From an uncultured Actinomycetes bacterium (GTDB lineage: Bacteria > Actinomycetota > UBA4738 > JBBDTT01): a DNA stretch of 64,000 nt. The translations under genes were made by a program, and so were the position numbers. The notes below the pieces were generated by a model that saw only the letters and a program-made list of their open reading frames with translations, was not told where the DNA came from and ran no database searches. This document shows, in pieces, positions 29,970 to 39,950 of this stretch. The stretch's first letter is position 1. Every line of letters starts with the position of its first letter. The stretch is from positions 192,001 to 256,000 of the forward strand of contig CAVUMN010000003.1 in the NCBI GenBank assembly GCA_963742735.1, read 5' to 3'.

Positions 29970-32417
29970 ATGACCTCCGCTCGCCGCCGCGCGTCCGCCG
30001 CGCTCCTCCTCGCGCTCTTCGTGCTCGCGTCCGGGCTCAGCCCGGCCTCCGCGGACGCCACGTTCACCGTCACCACGACCGAGGACACGAACGGCGCGTG
30101 TGCGTTGGAGCACTGCTCGCTCCGCGAGGCGATCACGGCGGCGAACGCCGCGACGGGAACCGACGTGATCAACTTCGCGTTGCCCGGTCCCGACTACGCG
30201 ATCGTTCTCGGCTCGCCCCTTCCGAGCGTGACCGAGGCCGTCTCGATCGACGGCACCAGCCAGGCGGGCTACGCGGGCACCCCGGTGGTGAGCCTGGACG
30301 GCTCGGGGGCGGGGGCCGGCGACGGCCTGGTGCTGGCGGGCTCGGGCATCACCGTGGCCGGGCTGGCCATCGTCAACGTCTCCGGCACCGGCATCAAGAT
30401 CTCCGGCTCCGGGAACGCGGTGGAGGCCTCGACGATCGGGACCGACGGCGCGGACACCACGGGCCTGGGCAACGCGACGAACGGCCTGTTCGTCGCCGGG
30501 TCGAACACCGTGGTGGGAGGCTCCGAGCCCGGGGCGGGCAACGTGATCGCCAACAACGGCGCGTCGGGAGTTCGTATCGCCAACCTGGTGACGGGCAACC
30601 TGATCCAGGGCAACCGGATCGAATCGAACACCGCGAACGGGGTTCTGGTGATCGGGGGGAGCGGGCACACCGTCCGGGCCAACGCGATCTCCGACAACGG
30701 CGCGCTGGGGATCGACCTCCACCCCGCCGGGGTGGCCCCGAACGACAGCGCCGACCCGGACTCGGGCGCCAACGGCCTGCAGAACTTCCCGGTGATCACC
30801 TCGGCCGTCCACGACGAGGAGAGCGCCTCCACGCTCGTGACGGGTTCGTTGAACAGCACCGCGTCCACGACCTTCACCGTGGAGCTCTTCTCGAACGCAT
30901 CGTGCGACGCCTCCGGGAACGGGGAGGCCGAGGTGCCCCTCGGGACGAAGCAGGTCGTCACCGGGGCCAACGGCGCGGGTCCGTTCACCTTGACCGTCCC
31001 TGACCCCGGTCTTCCCGTCGGCGCGATCGTCACCGCCACCGCCACCAACCCGTCGGGAAGCACGTCGGAGCTCTCGGCGTGTGAGACGGTGGAGGAGGAG
31101 GCGCCCCTGGACCAGCCGAACATCCTGGTGATCCTCACCGACGACCAGAGCTACGACTCGATCCCGCGGACCCCGGCCGCCATGCCCTATCTGCAGGGAC
31201 GGGTCCAGAATCCGGCGGACCACTGGGCTCGGTTCTCCCGGGCGTACCTCAACACCCCGCTGTGCTGCCCCTCGCGGGCCAGCCTGCTCACGGGCCGGTA
31301 CTCCCATCATCACGGGGTGGACGACAACTCGGAGGGCAACAAGCTCGACGAGTCCTCGACGCTCGCGACCTGGCTGGACGACGCCGGCTACCGCACGGGG
31401 CTGATCGGCAAGTACTTCAACAACTATCCGTGGAACCGGGGCAACTACACCCCGCCGGGGTGGGACGACTGGGCCGCGGTCGTGGGGGAGGTCGACCTCT
31501 ACTACAACTACCGGATCAACGACAACGGGACGCTCACCACCCACGGCAACGACCCGGACGACTACTCCACCGACGTCCTGCGTGACCGGGCCCTCGACTT
31601 CCTGGACGAGACCGGCTCGGATCCGTTCTTCCTCTACTTCGCGCCGAACGCGCCGCACGCTCCGCGCACGCCAGCGCCCCGGCACGCGGGCCTGGGGACG
31701 TCGTTCCCGAACGTCCGGAACCCCAGCTTCAACGAGGCGAATGTTTCCGACAAGCCGGAGTGGGTCCGCAAGCTCCCCCTCCTGAACGCCAATGCGATCA
31801 AGAAGCAGGACAAGTTCCGCCGGGACGCGTACCTCACCCTGCTCGCGGTCGACGAGGCCATCGCCGCGCTCATCGGCGAGATCGAACAGCAGGGCAAGCT
31901 CGACAACACCATCATCGTGTTCACGACGGACAACGGCTTCTCGTTCGGTGAGCACCGGCACCAGGGAAAGCTGTGCGCCTACTTGAGGTGCTCGGCGACT
32001 CCGCTGTTCATCCGCGCCCCGGGGATGACCTCGGCCTCGCTCCCCGCGCTGGTGAGCAACGTGGACATCGCCCCGACCCTCGCCGAGCTGGCCGGGGTGG
32101 CACCGGCTTCGTCGGTCGACGGGCACAGCCTGGTGCCGTTGATGACCGGTGTCGAGACCCAGGTGCGCCAGGACGTGCTCATCGAATGGATCGGGAACCG
32201 CTTCGTGCCCCGGTACTGGGCGCTGCGAAACACCACCTACACCTACGTCGAGTACGCGACCGGAGAGGTCGAGCTCTACGACCTCGCCGGGGCGCTCGGC
32301 CCCGCCGACCCCGACGAGCTCGTCAACAAGTGCCCGGGGCTTCCCGCGGTGTGCGCCCAGGGGTACACCTCGGTGCGCAACGCCCTGTCGGCTCGACTCG
32401 CGGCCCTGAAGGCGTAG
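29970..32417 (+). CDS. Secreted CSLREA/right-handed beta-helix protein fused to a Cys-type sulfatase
   Basis: VTTTEDTNGAC...CSLREAI; beta-helix repeats; GANGLQNFPVI; TSELS; then PNILVILTDD, CCPSRASLLTGRY, GKY, FTTDNG...GEH...GK, NVDIAPT, ELYDL. Confidence 0.92.
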   Translation: MTSARRRASAALLLALFVLASGLSPASADATFTVTTTEDTNGACALEHCSLREAITAANAATGTDVINFALPGPDYAIVLGSPLPSVTEAVSIDGTSQAGYAGTPVVSLDGSGAGAGDGLVLAGSGITVAGLAIVNVSGTGIKISGSGNAVEASTIGTDGADTTGLGNATNGLFVAGSNTVVGGSEPGAGNVIANNGASGVRIANLVTGNLIQGNRIESNTANGVLVIGGSGHTVRANAISDNGALGIDLHPAGVAPNDSADPDSGANGLQNFPVITSAVHDEESASTLVTGSLNSTASTTFTVELFSNASCDASGNGEAEVPLGTKQVVTGANGAGPFTLTVPDPGLPVGAIVTATATNPSGSTSELSACETVEEEAPLDQPNILVILTDDQSYDSIPRTPAAMPYLQGRVQNPADHWARFSRAYLNTPLCCPSRASLLTGRYSHHHGVDDNSEGNKLDESSTLATWLDDAGYRTGLIGKYFNNYPWNRGNYTPPGWDDWAAVVGEVDLYYNYRINDNGTLTTHGNDPDDYSTDVLRDRALDFLDETGSDPFFLYFAPNAPHAPRTPAPRHAGLGTSFPNVRNPSFNEANVSDKPEWVRKLPLLNANAIKKQDKFRRDAYLTLLAVDEAIAALIGEIEQQGKLDNTIIVFTTDNGFSFGEHRHQGKLCAYLRCSATPLFIRAPGMTSASLPALVSNVDIAPTLAELAGVAPASSVDGHSLVPLMTGVETQVRQDVLIEWIGNRFVPRYWALRNTTYTYVEYATGEVELYDLAGALGPADPDELVNKCPGLPAVCAQGYTSVRNALSARLAALKA

Positions 32418-32422
32418 GAACG

Positions 32423-32452
32423 CGAACGCGCCGCCCGAGGGCGGCGCGTTCG
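32423..32452. terminator. GC-rich hairpin between convergent sulfatase and tadC genes
   Basis: cgaacgcgccgcc-cgag-ggcggcgcgttcg, 13-bp stem. Confidence 0.75.
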
Positions 32453-32472
32453 AGCTTCGTTCGAGGTGGCGT

Positions 32473-33357
32473 CTACTGGGTGAACAGCGTCCCCATGATC
32501 CGGATGATGGCCGGGCCCAGGATCACGATCAGCAGGGCCGGGAAGATCCCGAAGATCAGCGGGAACAGGATCTTGACCGGGGTCTTGGCGGCCTGCTCAC
32601 GGGCCCGCTGACGGCGCTTCGTCCGCTGCTCGTTCGCCTGGGTGCGCAGGACCTTGCCCACGGCAATGCCGAGCGAGTCCGCCTGCAACAGCGCCAGGAC
32701 GAACGAGCTCATCTCCGGGACGTTCACCCGGCGGCGCATCTCCATGAACGCCTCGCGGCGCGACGCCCCGAGCTGCATCTCGCGCAGCAGGCGGGAGTAC
32801 TCCTCGCCGAGCGCGCCGCCCAGGTCCTCGGCCGCGCGAGCGAGCGCGCCCTCGAGCCCGACGCCGGCCTCGACCGAGATGGCCATGAGGTCGAGCGAGT
32901 CGGGGAGCGCCCGGCGGATGTCCGCCGACCGTGTCTCCTGCCGCCGGCGAAGCCACACGTCCGGGTAGAAGAACCCGATCGGCGCCATGAGCACCAGGAC
33001 CGTCATCCCGAGGGCGAACGACGACGCCATGGTCCACAACCCGAGGACGACGCCGATGGCCAGGGTCATCCCCTTGTAGGCGATGAACCGCTCGGCCGAG
33101 ATGTTCGCGCCGAGGTCGGACAGCTTCGAGCGGGTGCCTTCCAGGAACCCCGCCGGCGTGAGCCTGCGGGCGATCCCGCCGAACCACCGGATCGCGGGTC
33201 CGCCGTCGGCGGCGCCCTCGATGCCGTTGGTGCCACCCAGGTACCGCATGGCGGCGTGGTGGCCGGCCTGCACGGTGCGCGCCCGGGACATGCCCAGGGC
33301 GAGCGCCGGGATGGAGGCGGCGAGGGCCGCCAGTCCGATGACCAGTAGGAGACCCAT
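32473..33357 (-). CDS. tadC: Tad pilus platform protein TadC
   Basis: LPDSLDLMAISVEAG, LG.SRREA, QADSLG, PVKILFPLIF.IFPA. Confidence 0.92.
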   Translation of the reverse strand: MGLLLVIGLAALAASIPALALGMSRARTVQAGHHAAMRYLGGTNGIEGAADGGPAIRWFGGIARRLTPAGFLEGTRSKLSDLGANISAERFIAYKGMTLAIGVVLGLWTMASSFALGMTVLVLMAPIGFFYPDVWLRRRQETRSADIRRALPDSLDLMAISVEAGVGLEGALARAAEDLGGALGEEYSRLLREMQLGASRREAFMEMRRRVNVPEMSSFVLALLQADSLGIAVGKVLRTQANEQRTKRRQRAREQAAKTPVKILFPLIFGIFPALLIVILGPAIIRIMGTLFTQ

Positions 33358-33360
33358 CGT

Positions 33361-34284
33361 CTACACCTCCACCTTCACGATTTTCATCATCCACGCCGCG
33401 CCGATCGCCATCAGGACCGTGGCGGCGAGGGTCATTCCCCAGCCCAACGGCGTCGAGATGAGCGGCGCGAGGTAGCCGGGGTTGGTCAGGGTGAAGAAGC
33501 CGGCGACCGCGAACGGGAGCCCGACCAGCACGTACGCGCTGACCCGGCCCTCCGCCGTGAGCGCCGAGACCTCACGCTTGAGCTCCTGGCGCCACCGCAT
33601 GAACTCGCCGAGCGTCCGCAGGACGCCCGCGAGCGAGGCCCCGAACTCCTGCTGGATGCCGACGGCCTGCACGCACCAGGCGTAGTCGCGGCTGCCGACC
33701 CGCTGGACGCTGGCCTGCATCGCCTCGGTGAGCGGCACGCCCAGGCGAGTCTCCGCCAGGACCTGCGCGAACTCCTCGCTGACCGGCGGGTCGCCCTCGT
33801 CGGCGACGAGCGCCATGGCCTGCGGGAGCGACGAACCGGCCTCGAGCGAGGCGGCCAGCAGGTCGAACGCCTCCGGAAGCTGTGCGTCGAAGGTGGTCAG
33901 CCACCGCTTGGCCCGCATCCGGACCCACAGACGGGCCACGAGGGCGACGACGCCCGCGAGGATCAGCCCGAACAACGGCGAGAACAGCAGTCCGGTGAGC
34001 AAGCCGAAGATCGCCATCCCCACCGCGGTGGCGGCGACGAACTCGGCCGGCGTGTAGGCGATGCCCGCGCGGGGCAGCTCCAGCGTCAGCGAACGGGTGA
34101 GCTCCTTGCCGGCCAGGACCTCCCCGGCCACGCGGGCCACCGCGCCGAAGCGCGGGCTGCCCGGGTTCCCGTAGCCGATGTTGTCCGGGATGTCGACCTT
34201 CTTCGGCCGCGCGGCCAGCGCCCAGGCCCAGGCCGTGATGGCCAGGCCCAGGAACACGATCCCTGCGTAGCCGACGACGCTCAC
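33361..34284 (-). CDS. tadB: Tad pilus platform protein TadB
   Basis: QLPEAFDLLAASLEAG, ETRLG, LTAEGRVSAYVL; GTG 34284 overlaps the cpaF stop. Confidence 0.92.
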   Translation of the reverse strand: MSVVGYAGIVFLGLAITAWAWALAARPKKVDIPDNIGYGNPGSPRFGAVARVAGEVLAGKELTRSLTLELPRAGIAYTPAEFVAATAVGMAIFGLLTGLLFSPLFGLILAGVVALVARLWVRMRAKRWLTTFDAQLPEAFDLLAASLEAGSSLPQAMALVADEGDPPVSEEFAQVLAETRLGVPLTEAMQASVQRVGSRDYAWCVQAVGIQQEFGASLAGVLRTLGEFMRWRQELKREVSALTAEGRVSAYVLVGLPFAVAGFFTLTNPGYLAPLISTPLGWGMTLAATVLMAIGAAWMMKIVKVEV

Positions 34285-35633
34285 GACGCCCTCCGCTTCG
34301 ACGCGCTCCGAGAGGGCGCGCTGGTCCGGGCGAACGGCGGCGGGATGTCCACCCCATGCTCGATCAGCTTGTCCAGCAGGTGGGGACGCAGTCCGGTCCA
34401 CTTGATCTTTCCGGCGTGGTAGTCGTAGTCGAACAGGGTCTGCAGGATGATCACGTCGCCCTCCATGCCCTGCACCTCGGTCACCTCGGTCACGCGGCGG
34501 GTTCCGTCCTTCATCCGCGAGAGGTGCACGATGAGGTTGATGCCGGACGCGATCTGCTCGCGGATGGCCCGCACCGGAAGGTCCAGGCCCGCCATCAGCA
34601 CCATGGTCTCCACCCGCGACAGCACGTCGCGGGGGGAGTTCGCGTGCACCGTCGTGAGCGAGCCCTCGTGGCCGGTGTTCATGGCCTGGAGCATGTCCAG
34701 CGCCTCGCCGCCACGAGCCTCGCCGACCACGATGCGGTCGGGCCGCATGCGCAGGGCGTTGCGGACCAGGTCGCGGATCCCGACCTCGCCCCGTCCCTCC
34801 GCATTGGCCGGCCGCGACTCGAGGCTCACCACGTGCGGCTGCATGAGGCGCAGCTCCGCGGCGTCCTCGATCGTGACGATGCGCTCCTCGTCGGGGATGA
34901 AGCTCGACACCACGTTCAGCAGCGTCGTCTTGCCGGTGCCGGTTCCGCCGCTGACGATGGCGTTCTGCTTGCCCCGGACGCAGCACTCGAGGAACAGCGC
35001 GAGCTCCATGGAGATCGACCCCAGGTTGATGAGGTCCTTCACCCGATACGGCTCCGTCCGGAACTTGCGGATCGTCAGGATCGGCGCGTGGGTCGCCAGC
35101 GGCGGGATGATCGCGTTCACGCGGCTGCCGTCGGGGAGCCGCGCGTCGACCATCGGCGATGACTCGTCCAGGCGCCGGCCGACGCCGGTCACGATCTTGT
35201 CGATGACCGCGCGGTAGTGCTCGTCGTCGGAGAACCCGGTGGTGGTCTTCTCGATGATGCCGGCGCGCTCCACCCAGACCTCGTCGTGGGCGTTGCACAT
35301 GATCTCGGTCACGCTCGGGTCGGCCAGGTACGGGTCGAGGGGACCGTAGCCCAGGATGTCGCTGGCGATCTCCTCGACGAAGGCCTTGCGCGTCGACGGC
35401 GTGACCCGGACGTCCTCACGGTCCAGGACGTCGTCGAGCGCGTCGCGAACCACGGCGCGGAGCTCGGCCTGGGTGTGGCGCTCGCGGTACAGCTTGGGGC
35501 CGATCTCGGCGAGGACCCGGCCGCGGATCTGACGCTTGAGCGCGCCCCAGGCGGAGGGAGCCTTCGGGCGCTCCTCCTTCATGGGGGCCGGGCCGTTGGT
35601 GTCGGCTCGGGCCAGCTTCTCGGACAGTTTCAT
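34281..35633 (-). CDS. cpaF: Tad pilus ATPase CpaF/TadA
   Basis: DARLPDGSRVN, GGTGTGKTT, LRMRPDRIVVGE, AMNTGHEGSLTTVHANS. Confidence 0.96.
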   Translation of the reverse strand: MKLSEKLARADTNGPAPMKEERPKAPSAWGALKRQIRGRVLAEIGPKLYRERHTQAELRAVVRDALDDVLDREDVRVTPSTRKAFVEEIASDILGYGPLDPYLADPSVTEIMCNAHDEVWVERAGIIEKTTTGFSDDEHYRAVIDKIVTGVGRRLDESSPMVDARLPDGSRVNAIIPPLATHAPILTIRKFRTEPYRVKDLINLGSISMELALFLECCVRGKQNAIVSGGTGTGKTTLLNVVSSFIPDEERIVTIEDAAELRLMQPHVVSLESRPANAEGRGEVGIRDLVRNALRMRPDRIVVGEARGGEALDMLQAMNTGHEGSLTTVHANSPRDVLSRVETMVLMAGLDLPVRAIREQIASGINLIVHLSRMKDGTRRVTEVTEVQGMEGDVIILQTLFDYDYHAGKIKWTGLRPHLLDKLIEHGVDIPPPFARTSAPSRSASKRRAS

Positions 35634-35654
35634 CGTCGTGCCTCCTCTGGGTGT

Positions 35655-36905
35655 CTAGTGGTCGTCCGCGGGCACGAACGTGCGGAAGATGCGCTTCCAG
35701 ACGCCCGGCTGGTGGCCGTTTCCGTTGGTCTCGGCCGAGGCCGACGAGAACAGCGCCGGCTCCTCGGGCACGATCTGGTGGATCGTCTCCAGGAGCTTCC
35801 GGCTGATGTCGCTGTCGGGGCTCAGCTCGAGCACCGGGTTGCCGGTGTTGAAGGAGCGGGAGACCTCCTTGGAGTAGGGAAGGATCCCGCTGAAGGCCTG
35901 CGGGAACAGCCGCTGGACCTCCGCGGGGGACAGCCCCACGTCCCGCTCGGCCTTGTTCAGGATCAGCGACACGCCGTCCTGGGGGATCTTCAACCGGTCG
36001 AGGGTCGACAGGAACACGCCCAGGTTCTTGACCGACGGCAGGTCGAGGGTCGCCAGCACGACCAGCGCCTCGGAGACGTCGAACGCGGCGAGCACCGGCT
36101 CGGACAGCGCAGCCGGGGTGTCGATGATCACGTAGTGGTAGAGCTCCTTGGCGATCGCCAGGATCGACGTGACGTCGGGCGAGGTGATCGTGTCGGCCTG
36201 GTGCGGCTCGTGCGGCGCGGCAAGGACCTCGACGCCGCTCGAGTGCCGGGACATGTACTCGCGCAGCTGGTGCTTCAACGCGTCGTGGCCGGCGTCGCGG
36301 CCCTCCAGGACGTCGTGGATCGTGTACTTCGGCCGCAGCCGGAGCGCGGTCTCCACCTCGCCGAACTGGAAGTCCAGGTCGATGACGCCGACCCGCTTGC
36401 CGGTCTTCACCGCAAGCAGGTAGGCCAGGTTCGTGGCGAAGAACGTCTTGCCGGAGCCCCCGCTGGGGCTCGTGATCGTGATCGCCCTGCCGAGCCCCGT
36501 GCCGTCACCGTTCGACGACTCGCGACCGTGCAGGATGCCGGCCATGTCGACCGCGCGCTCCAGGGCGGCGCGGATCGTCTGCGCCGCCGCGGGGAACGGA
36601 ACCAGGTCCGACGCGCCGGCGCGCACGACGTCGCGCACCGGGACGTGGGCACCCTCCTTCGTGGTGACCAGGACGGTCACCACCGAGGGGTGCTGCTCGT
36701 GGACGCGCTGGAGGAATCGCATCCCTCCGGGCGTCACGAACGACGGACCCGCAACCAGCACTCGATACCGGTCACCCGCCAGCTCCCGTTCGGCCTTGGC
36801 CGTCTGGTGGCAGGCGTCGATCAGGCCCTCCAGCGTGGGCGCCGCGTCGCGGCAGGCGAGCGCGAGCTCGTCGTCGCGATCGAGGACCAGGATCCGTCCG
36901 GGCAT
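35655..36905 (-). CDS. cpaE: CpaE/TadZ (pseudo-receiver plus ParA/MinD ATPase)
   Basis: SPSGGSGKT..ATNLA, DLDFQFG, IIDT; degenerate N-terminal receiver. Confidence 0.9.
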   Translation of the reverse strand: MPGRILVLDRDDELALACRDAAPTLEGLIDACHQTAKAERELAGDRYRVLVAGPSFVTPGGMRFLQRVHEQHPSVVTVLVTTKEGAHVPVRDVVRAGASDLVPFPAAAQTIRAALERAVDMAGILHGRESSNGDGTGLGRAITITSPSGGSGKTFFATNLAYLLAVKTGKRVGVIDLDFQFGEVETALRLRPKYTIHDVLEGRDAGHDALKHQLREYMSRHSSGVEVLAAPHEPHQADTITSPDVTSILAIAKELYHYVIIDTPAALSEPVLAAFDVSEALVVLATLDLPSVKNLGVFLSTLDRLKIPQDGVSLILNKAERDVGLSPAEVQRLFPQAFSGILPYSKEVSRSFNTGNPVLELSPDSDISRKLLETIHQIVPEEPALFSSASAETNGNGHQPGVWKRIFRTFVPADDH

Positions 36906-37648
36906 CAGATCTGCCCCTGGGGGTTCAGCGAGACGGCCAGGCCGCCGGTCGCGTCGGCCGCGTCGGGGTCGGGGCTGATCTGCCCTTCGGGAATCAGGGT
37001 GAGGCTGACCTCGCCCATCCGCTGTCCGTAGATGAGCTTTCCGGCCTGCTGCGGGGTGACCGCGAGGACGAACAGCAGCCCCGTGGTCGTGCCCGGCGAG
37101 ACGCCGGTCAGCTTGTCGCCGGCCTGCGGGTTCGCCTGGGTGGCGATCACCAGGACGTTGGACAGCAGCTTGCGGGTGGTCGCAACGCCCTGCTTGAACG
37201 TGGCGTAGACGCTGACCTTGTCGCCGGGCTGGGCGTACTGCCCGAGCCCGCCGTCGATGCTGGTGGCGATCGCGACGGCCTCGTGGCCCTTCGGGATCGG
37301 CAGCCGGCCCTCGGACTCGCCCACCTGGCCGAAGTCGGAGGTGGTCAGGGTCTGTCCGGGCACGATGGTGCGGGTCGTGAACTGTTCGGTCACGGCCGCG
37401 AGGTCCTCGAGCGCCCCGGGCTGCAGGTACGCCCGCGGGATCTCCTTCTCCTCGGTGACGTCCACGATGACCGAGCCGGGGGTCCCCGCGGCGATCGGCT
37501 CGAGCGCCACGAAGGCGGTCACCATCTCGGACTTGGACGCGGCGCGTCCCTCGACGTTCCGCACGTACGCGAAGGTCAGGGTGGCCCCCAACAGGCCCAG
37601 CACCAGCCCTCCGATGAGCAGCATTGACTGACGGCGCATCTGACTCAC
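36905..37648 (-). CDS. cpaB: Flp pilus assembly protein CpaB/RcpC
   Basis: N-terminal TM, SAF-like region, IPKG..AVAI...PGDKVSV, LSNVLVIA. Confidence 0.88.
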   Translation of the reverse strand: MSQMRRQSMLLIGGLVLGLLGATLTFAYVRNVEGRAASKSEMVTAFVALEPIAAGTPGSVIVDVTEEKEIPRAYLQPGALEDLAAVTEQFTTRTIVPGQTLTTSDFGQVGESEGRLPIPKGHEAVAIATSIDGGLGQYAQPGDKVSVYATFKQGVATTRKLLSNVLVIATQANPQAGDKLTGVSPGTTTGLLFVLAVTPQQAGKLIYGQRMGEVSLTLIPEGQISPDPDAADATGGLAVSLNPQGQI

Positions 37649-38109
37649 TCCTCTCTCATGGTTGCGGTCGAGGTGATCACGACGCCGCCCTCGGGAAAGG
37701 GCTCATCGGCGCTGACCATCCCGGCGATCCAATTGGCCACTCGGCCCAGCGGACCGAACGACACGTTCTTCGTCACCGTCACGGTGATCTGCGTCCCCGG
37801 GAAGGCGTTCGCCGGGTCCGGGCTCACGGTGACGGAGTCCAGGGGGGCGTCGGAGATCCGGCGGATGTAGGCCACCACGGCGGCCGCGTCCGGTCGGAAC
37901 CGATAGACGCCCGGGTTCTCGGGGTCCTGGTGGGCGGCGGTCGCGTATCGCGCCCCCGCCTCGGACACCTGGTTCATCTGGATGTAGCCGATGACGGAGG
38001 ACACGACGGGGACCGCCGTCATCACGATGAAGACCATGATCGGCAGGAACAGGGCGAACTCGATCGCCGCCGTGCCTCGCTGGTCCCGGATGCGGCGCCG
38101 CAGGCTCAT
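37645..38109 (-). CDS. tadE: TadE-like pseudopilin
   Basis: QRG/TAAIEFALFLP...AGARYA. Confidence 0.88.
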   Translation of the reverse strand: MSLRRRIRDQRGTAAIEFALFLPIMVFIVMTAVPVVSSVIGYIQMNQVSEAGARYATAAHQDPENPGVYRFRPDAAAVVAYIRRISDAPLDSVTVSPDPANAFPGTQITVTVTKNVSFGPLGRVANWIAGMVSADEPFPEGGVVITSTATMREE

Positions 38110-38540
38110 TCGCGCCTCACCTCCGCCTCGGAGCTGATGGTCAGGGTGCTCGGGATCTCCTCGCCCCAGCCGAAGGCGCGAAGCGGGGCGAACAGGGCGT
38201 AGACCGGGTTGGCGACCTCGTAGGTGACGACGACCTTGAAGGGGGCGCCGCGGGTCGAGCCGCTCGGGGACGTGATGGTGACGGTGGAGGGGGTCAGCAG
38301 CGGGGTGGAGGTGTCGACGGCCTGGAACACCTCGGCGTTGGTCGGGTAGGCGCGCAGGTTGGCCGACGAGGGGATCGAGGCGTAGCGCGCGCCCTCCTGG
38401 GCCCCGCGGTCAAGGATCGTCTTCGCGACCCCGACCCATCCGCCGAACAGGACCAGGCCCACGACGGCGAGGAAGATCGGCAGGACGAGAGCGAACTCGA
38501 CCACGGCGGCGCCCCGCTGCTCGGACCGAAGGCGGGTCAT
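38106..38540 (-). CDS. tadE: TadE-like pseudopilin
   Basis: QRG/AAVVEFALVLP...EGARYA. Confidence 0.88.
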   Translation of the reverse strand: MTRLRSEQRGAAVVEFALVLPIFLAVVGLVLFGGWVGVAKTILDRGAQEGARYASIPSSANLRAYPTNAEVFQAVDTSTPLLTPSTVTITSPSGSTRGAPFKVVVTYEVANPVYALFAPLRAFGWGEEIPSTLTISSEAEVRRE

Positions 38541-39718
38541 GACCGGACCAGGGTTGCGCCGAAGAGGCCGTTCGCCCGGGAGAGGTCCGCGAGCGGGACG
38601 GGGACCAGCCCGCGGAAGTTGCCGTTCGCGAGGGGCGACAGGTACGCGGCGGTGAAGTCGAAGGCGGGGATGCCCAGGATCGGCATCGTGAACACCCGCA
38701 GGATGAAGACGGGCTCCCCGCGCCGAGCCGCCTCGAGGGCGATCTCGGCCGGCGAGGGCGGCGTCGCGCCGGTCGGCGGGTTGTACACGTCCTCGATGTC
38801 CAGGAGCATCCCGGACAGGTCGACCTGGCCGGCCGTACGCGAGGACAGCTCCTGGTTGGCCCGCCACAGCTGCGGCATGATCGTGTTGCGGACCTGCGCG
38901 GCGGTGACGTTCAGGTTCAGGTTGTTGAGGTCGCCCGGCGCCCCGCTCAGGAGGTCCGTGACGATCGAGGGCAGGCCCAGGGCGCTGGTGCGCACCGCCG
39001 GGACGACGACGATGTTCTTGAACCGGCGGCGGGCCAGCGCGGTCGCGGTCAGCGTGTTCACGCCCGAGAAGAAGCCGGGGACGGGGACGGGCGCCTCGAC
39101 CTTCTCGCGGATCGTGACGCGAACCTTGGGGGTCAGGGCGGCCGGCGACAGGTTGTTGGGCAGGCCGTCGATGAGGGCGTCGAGCCGGTTGCAGTCGCCC
39201 AGCGACAACAGACCCAGCAGCGGATCGAGGAGCCCGCGAAGCGGGCCACACAGGTTCTGGGCCTGAACCGGCCCGAGCAGCGAGGACAGCGCCTGCTGGA
39301 CCCGGGCGATCAGCGCCCAGTCGAACAGAGCCTCGACGCTCACGCCGTCGACGCAGGTCGGGCCGGCGGCCGTGGCGGCCAGCTCGTTGGACAGGGGGGC
39401 GGCGGCGGGGGTCAGCAGGCGCTCGGCCTGGTCGCACGCCGTGGTCTGGGGCTCGGCCGGGGCCAGGAGCCCCGTGAGCGGAAGGTTGGCCGCGCCGGCG
39501 AGCGCGGAGAGGTTGGCGGCGCGCTGGTGCTCGCGCTTGACGCCGACCAGGGTCGCGCCGTTCGCAGCCCAGAGAGAGATGAGGACCAGGCCCGCGATCA
39601 GCGCCGCCATCAGGGGGGCGATCGCGCCGTCTTCGCGGCCGAGCCGGATCATGATGCAGCCGGACAACGACGAGCGGCGCCGGGTGCTCTTGAGCTCCCG
39701 GCGCCGCGTCATCGTCAT
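38537..39718 (-). CDS. TadG-like pilus tip/pseudopilin protein
   Basis: EDG/AIAPLMA...QRAANLSALAGA. Start is 39718 (AAGGGA RBS) or 39652. Confidence 0.75.
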   Translation of the reverse strand: MTMTRRRELKSTRRRSSLSGCIMIRLGREDGAIAPLMAALIAGLVLISLWAANGATLVGVKREHQRAANLSALAGAANLPLTGLLAPAEPQTTACDQAERLLTPAAAPLSNELAATAAGPTCVDGVSVEALFDWALIARVQQALSSLLGPVQAQNLCGPLRGLLDPLLGLLSLGDCNRLDALIDGLPNNLSPAALTPKVRVTIREKVEAPVPVPGFFSGVNTLTATALARRRFKNIVVVPAVRTSALGLPSIVTDLLSGAPGDLNNLNLNVTAAQVRNTIMPQLWRANQELSSRTAGQVDLSGMLLDIEDVYNPPTGATPPSPAEIALEAARRGEPVFILRVFTMPILGIPAFDFTAAYLSPLANGNFRGLVPVPLADLSRANGLFGATLVRS

Positions 39719-39749
39719 CAGTCCCTTGAGATCTCGATCGGGATCCGGG

Positions 39750-39950
39750 TTAGACGCCTGCGCCGGTAAGGGCGTCGACGATCGCCTGGAACGCGTCCTT
39801 GATCTTCGGGCCAAGCAGGGCGACGGTCGCAACCACAACGGCCGCGATCAGGGCGACGAGCATGCCGTACTCGACGGCGGACGCACCCTCCTCACGGTCG
39901 CGAAGGTCGGAGACCTTGCCGGTCAGGAACAGGTAGAAACGAGTGATCAT
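39750..39950 (-). CDS. flp: Flp type IVb/c pilin
   Basis: EEG/ASAVEYGMLVALIA; AAAGGAG RBS. Confidence 0.95.
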   Translation of the reverse strand: MITRFYLFLTGKVSDLRDREEGASAVEYGMLVALIAAVVVATVALLGPKIKDAFQAIVDALTGAGV

